Shown in pieces: positions 7,284-8,534 of a stretch of 8,534 nt of DNA. Below the pieces are notes generated by a model, which saw nothing but the letters and a program-made list of their open reading frames with translations, was not told the DNA's origin and did not search any database. The translations under genes and the position numbers were made by a program. Within the stretch, counting starts at the first letter, position 1; each line of letters opens with the position of its first letter. Source of the DNA: a virus (Duplodnaviria; Heunggongvirae; Uroviricota; Caudoviricetes); the IMG/VR virus record IMGVR_UViG_2695420403_000017. One strand, given 5' to 3'.

Positions 7284-7781
7284 ATGATGCCACTTGCCCG
7301 TTATCTCTGCATTTTCATAAACGTTGGTTTGGGAGAAGGTGCTCCAGCTATTGGCGTTCCGTTCTTCTGGCCGTCCGCTGCAATGCCAAATACCGTAATC
7401 GACAGCTGGTCCAGTATGGTGTTTTTGAAGTTCAACGGGGTGAAATTTTCTGCCTCTGATTACCCTGTGCTGGCAAAAGTGTTTCCTTCGCTGGTATTAC
7501 CTGAAGCCCGCGGTGATTTCATTCGTATCTGGGATGATGGGCGAGGGGCGGACAGTGGGCGAGCATTATTAAGCTGGCAGGCAGCAACATCTTTATCGCA
7601 ATTTGGCGGTAATTATCCAGAAGGGTCCGGCCATGCGATTGCTGATTACGATGGAATATCAGCACACCAGCCAGGTTTCTCTCGATTTCAGTACACCAGT
7701 AACTCAGTAGGAGATGGTGTTAATTTTATTGCCGTCAGACCACGTAACATTGCATTTAACTTTCTGGTGAGGGCTAAATAA
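7284..7781 (+). CDS. Tail-fibre C-terminal variable cassette (Sv'-like), promoterless and probably in the silent orientation; functional frame likely begins at the crossover site near 7312
   Basis: The ORF has no credible start: GGAG abuts the first ATG with 0-3 nt spacing. Its frame runs through the candidate crossover site, and its stop overlaps the start of a downstream assembly gene (TAATG). It is divergent from and adjacent to the invertase, as in e14 stfE-pinE and the Mu G segment. The fibre-tip assignment rests on this architecture, not on recognised sequence. Confidence 0.6.
   Translation: MMPLARYLCIFINVGLGEGAPAIGVPFFWPSAAMPNTVIDSWSSMVFLKFNGVKFSASDYPVLAKVFPSLVLPEARGDFIRIWDDGRGADSGRALLSWQAATSLSQFGGNYPEGSGHAIADYDGISAHQPGFSRFQYTSNSVGDGVNFIAVRPRNIAFNFLVRAK
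7312..7337 (+). promoter_or_regulatory. Candidate 26-bp recombination crossover site (gix/hix/pix-like)
   Basis: TTTTCATAAACG-TT-GGTTTGGGAGAA has two imperfect inverted half-sites around a central dinucleotide, with the AAAC..GGTTT core and terminal TT/AA of hix/gix sites (about 16-18 of 26 against the sites as I recall them). It lies about 55 bp upstream of the invertase start and inside the fibre cassette reading frame, where constant and variable fibre parts join in Mu, P1 and e14. Confidence 0.45.
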
Positions 7782-8374
7782 TGAAACCTGTTTTTGATGA
7801 AAATGGACTGGCTACAGTGCCGGGTGATATGCGTTGTTTTTATTATGATGCAGTAACGTATGAATATACGGGCTGGTCTGATGAATATATTAATACTGGT
7901 GTAAGTATGCCCGCCTGTTCCACTGGTATTGACCCGGGCGAAAACATTCCGGGAAAAGTGGCAGTATTTACAGGTAAGGGATGGAGCCATGAAGAAGACC
8001 ATCGCAATGAGACTGTTTACTCAATCGAAAATGGTGCTGCTGTTACAGTGGATTATATCGGTGCCATCAAAAACGGTTATGTCACGCTTTCACCGTTAAC
8101 GCCATATGATAAATGGGATGGTGAGAAATGGGTGACAGATACTGAGGCACAACACGGTGCCGCAGTAGAAGCGGCAGAAGCACAGCGCCAGTCACTGATT
8201 GATGCAGCAATGGCTTCCATTAGTCCGATTCAGCTGAAATTACAGGCCGGGCGGAAACTGACGCAGGCAGAAACAACCCGGCTTAACGCTGTGCTGGATT
8301 ACATTGACGCGGTGACGGCAACAGATACCAGCACCGCGCCGGATGTCATCTGGCCTGAACTGCCGGAGGCGTAG
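7781..8374 (+). CDS. Tail fibre assembly protein (Tfa/gpG/Mu U family), 197 aa
   Basis: 197-aa ORF coupled to the fibre cassette, with the Tfa-like C-terminal motif ...[16 protein letters not shown]. It converges on a second Tfa-like gene on the opposite strand. Confidence 0.75.
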   Translation: MKPVFDENGLATVPGDMRCFYYDAVTYEYTGWSDEYINTGVSMPACSTGIDPGENIPGKVAVFTGKGWSHEEDHRNETVYSIENGAAVTVDYIGAIKNGYVTLSPLTPYDKWDGEKWVTDTEAQHGAAVEAAEAQRQSLIDAAMASISPIQLKLQAGRKLTQAETTRLNAVLDYIDAVTATDTSTAPDVIWPELPEA

Positions 8375-8534
8375 GCCATTCAATATCGGGTGCTGTTGAC
8401 GTATCAACACGCATCAGCAGCACACGGTATTTCTTCCATTGGGTGAGAGTTGTAGCTTCTTCATCAGTTGCGATATCAGCATCAACAGCATCCTGACGCC
8501 AGGATATTTCACTGTCAGCTTTTTCCCGTAATTG
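8346..8534 (-). CDS. Tail fibre assembly protein, second copy (3' portion only; 5' end beyond the window)
   Basis: Hand translation of the minus strand from the window edge gives ...[53 protein letters not shown], with stop TGA at the complement of 8346-8348. It shares the DTSTAPD(I/V)xWP motif with the plus-strand copy. The ORF is open to the window edge and absent from the ORF track because it is truncated. Confidence 0.6.
   Translation of the reverse strand, partial: QLREKADSEISWRQDAVDADIATDEEATTLTQWKKYRVLLMRVDTSTAPDIEWPTPPAVQAR

Noticed and set aside
7688-8002. 104-aa minus-strand ORF spanning the fibre-cassette and assembly-gene junction
   Set aside because: It is antisense to two coupled plus-strand genes in AT-rich DNA, where chance ORFs are common, and has an isoleucine-rich low-complexity translation.
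1-8534. CRISPR arrays, tRNA or rRNA genes, insertion sequences
   Set aside because: No spaced direct repeats, no tRNA-like cloverleaf candidates and no transposase-like ORFs were seen. Essentially the whole window is accounted for by tightly packed phage tail and fibre-switch genes.

Overview
This window is the distal tail-gene block of a P2-like (Peduovirus-type) prophage from an enterobacterium, read on the minus strand, followed by part of a Pin/Gin/Hin-type invertible tail-fibre switch. From high to low coordinates the minus strand carries a serine DNA invertase, then tail sheath FI, tail tube FII, tail chaperone E with its -1 frameshift product E+E', tape measure T, tail protein U, baseplate hub D and the late activator Ogr. 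These genes are tightly packed, with Shine-Dalgarno sequences overlapping upstream stop codons. Upstream of the invertase (7284-8534) lies a promoterless tail-fibre C-terminal cassette and its tail-fibre assembly gene on the plus strand, converging on a second assembly gene on the minus strand that runs off the window edge. Gene calls rest on my recollection of P2 protein lengths and sequences (Ogr 72 aa, D 387, U 159, T 815, E 91 and E+E' 142, FII 172, FI 396) and on motifs read directly from the translations; no database search was run. I did not find a convincing novel or undescribed system such as a defence island: every long ORF is accounted for by the tail module or the fibre switch, and only 59 bp separate the invertase from FI. 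The most interesting points are regulatory and architectural: the invertible fibre cassette with a candidate 26-bp crossover site, a possible Ogr-type late promoter overlapping the invertase 3' end, the E/E' slippery site, and a perfect hairpin between FII and E.
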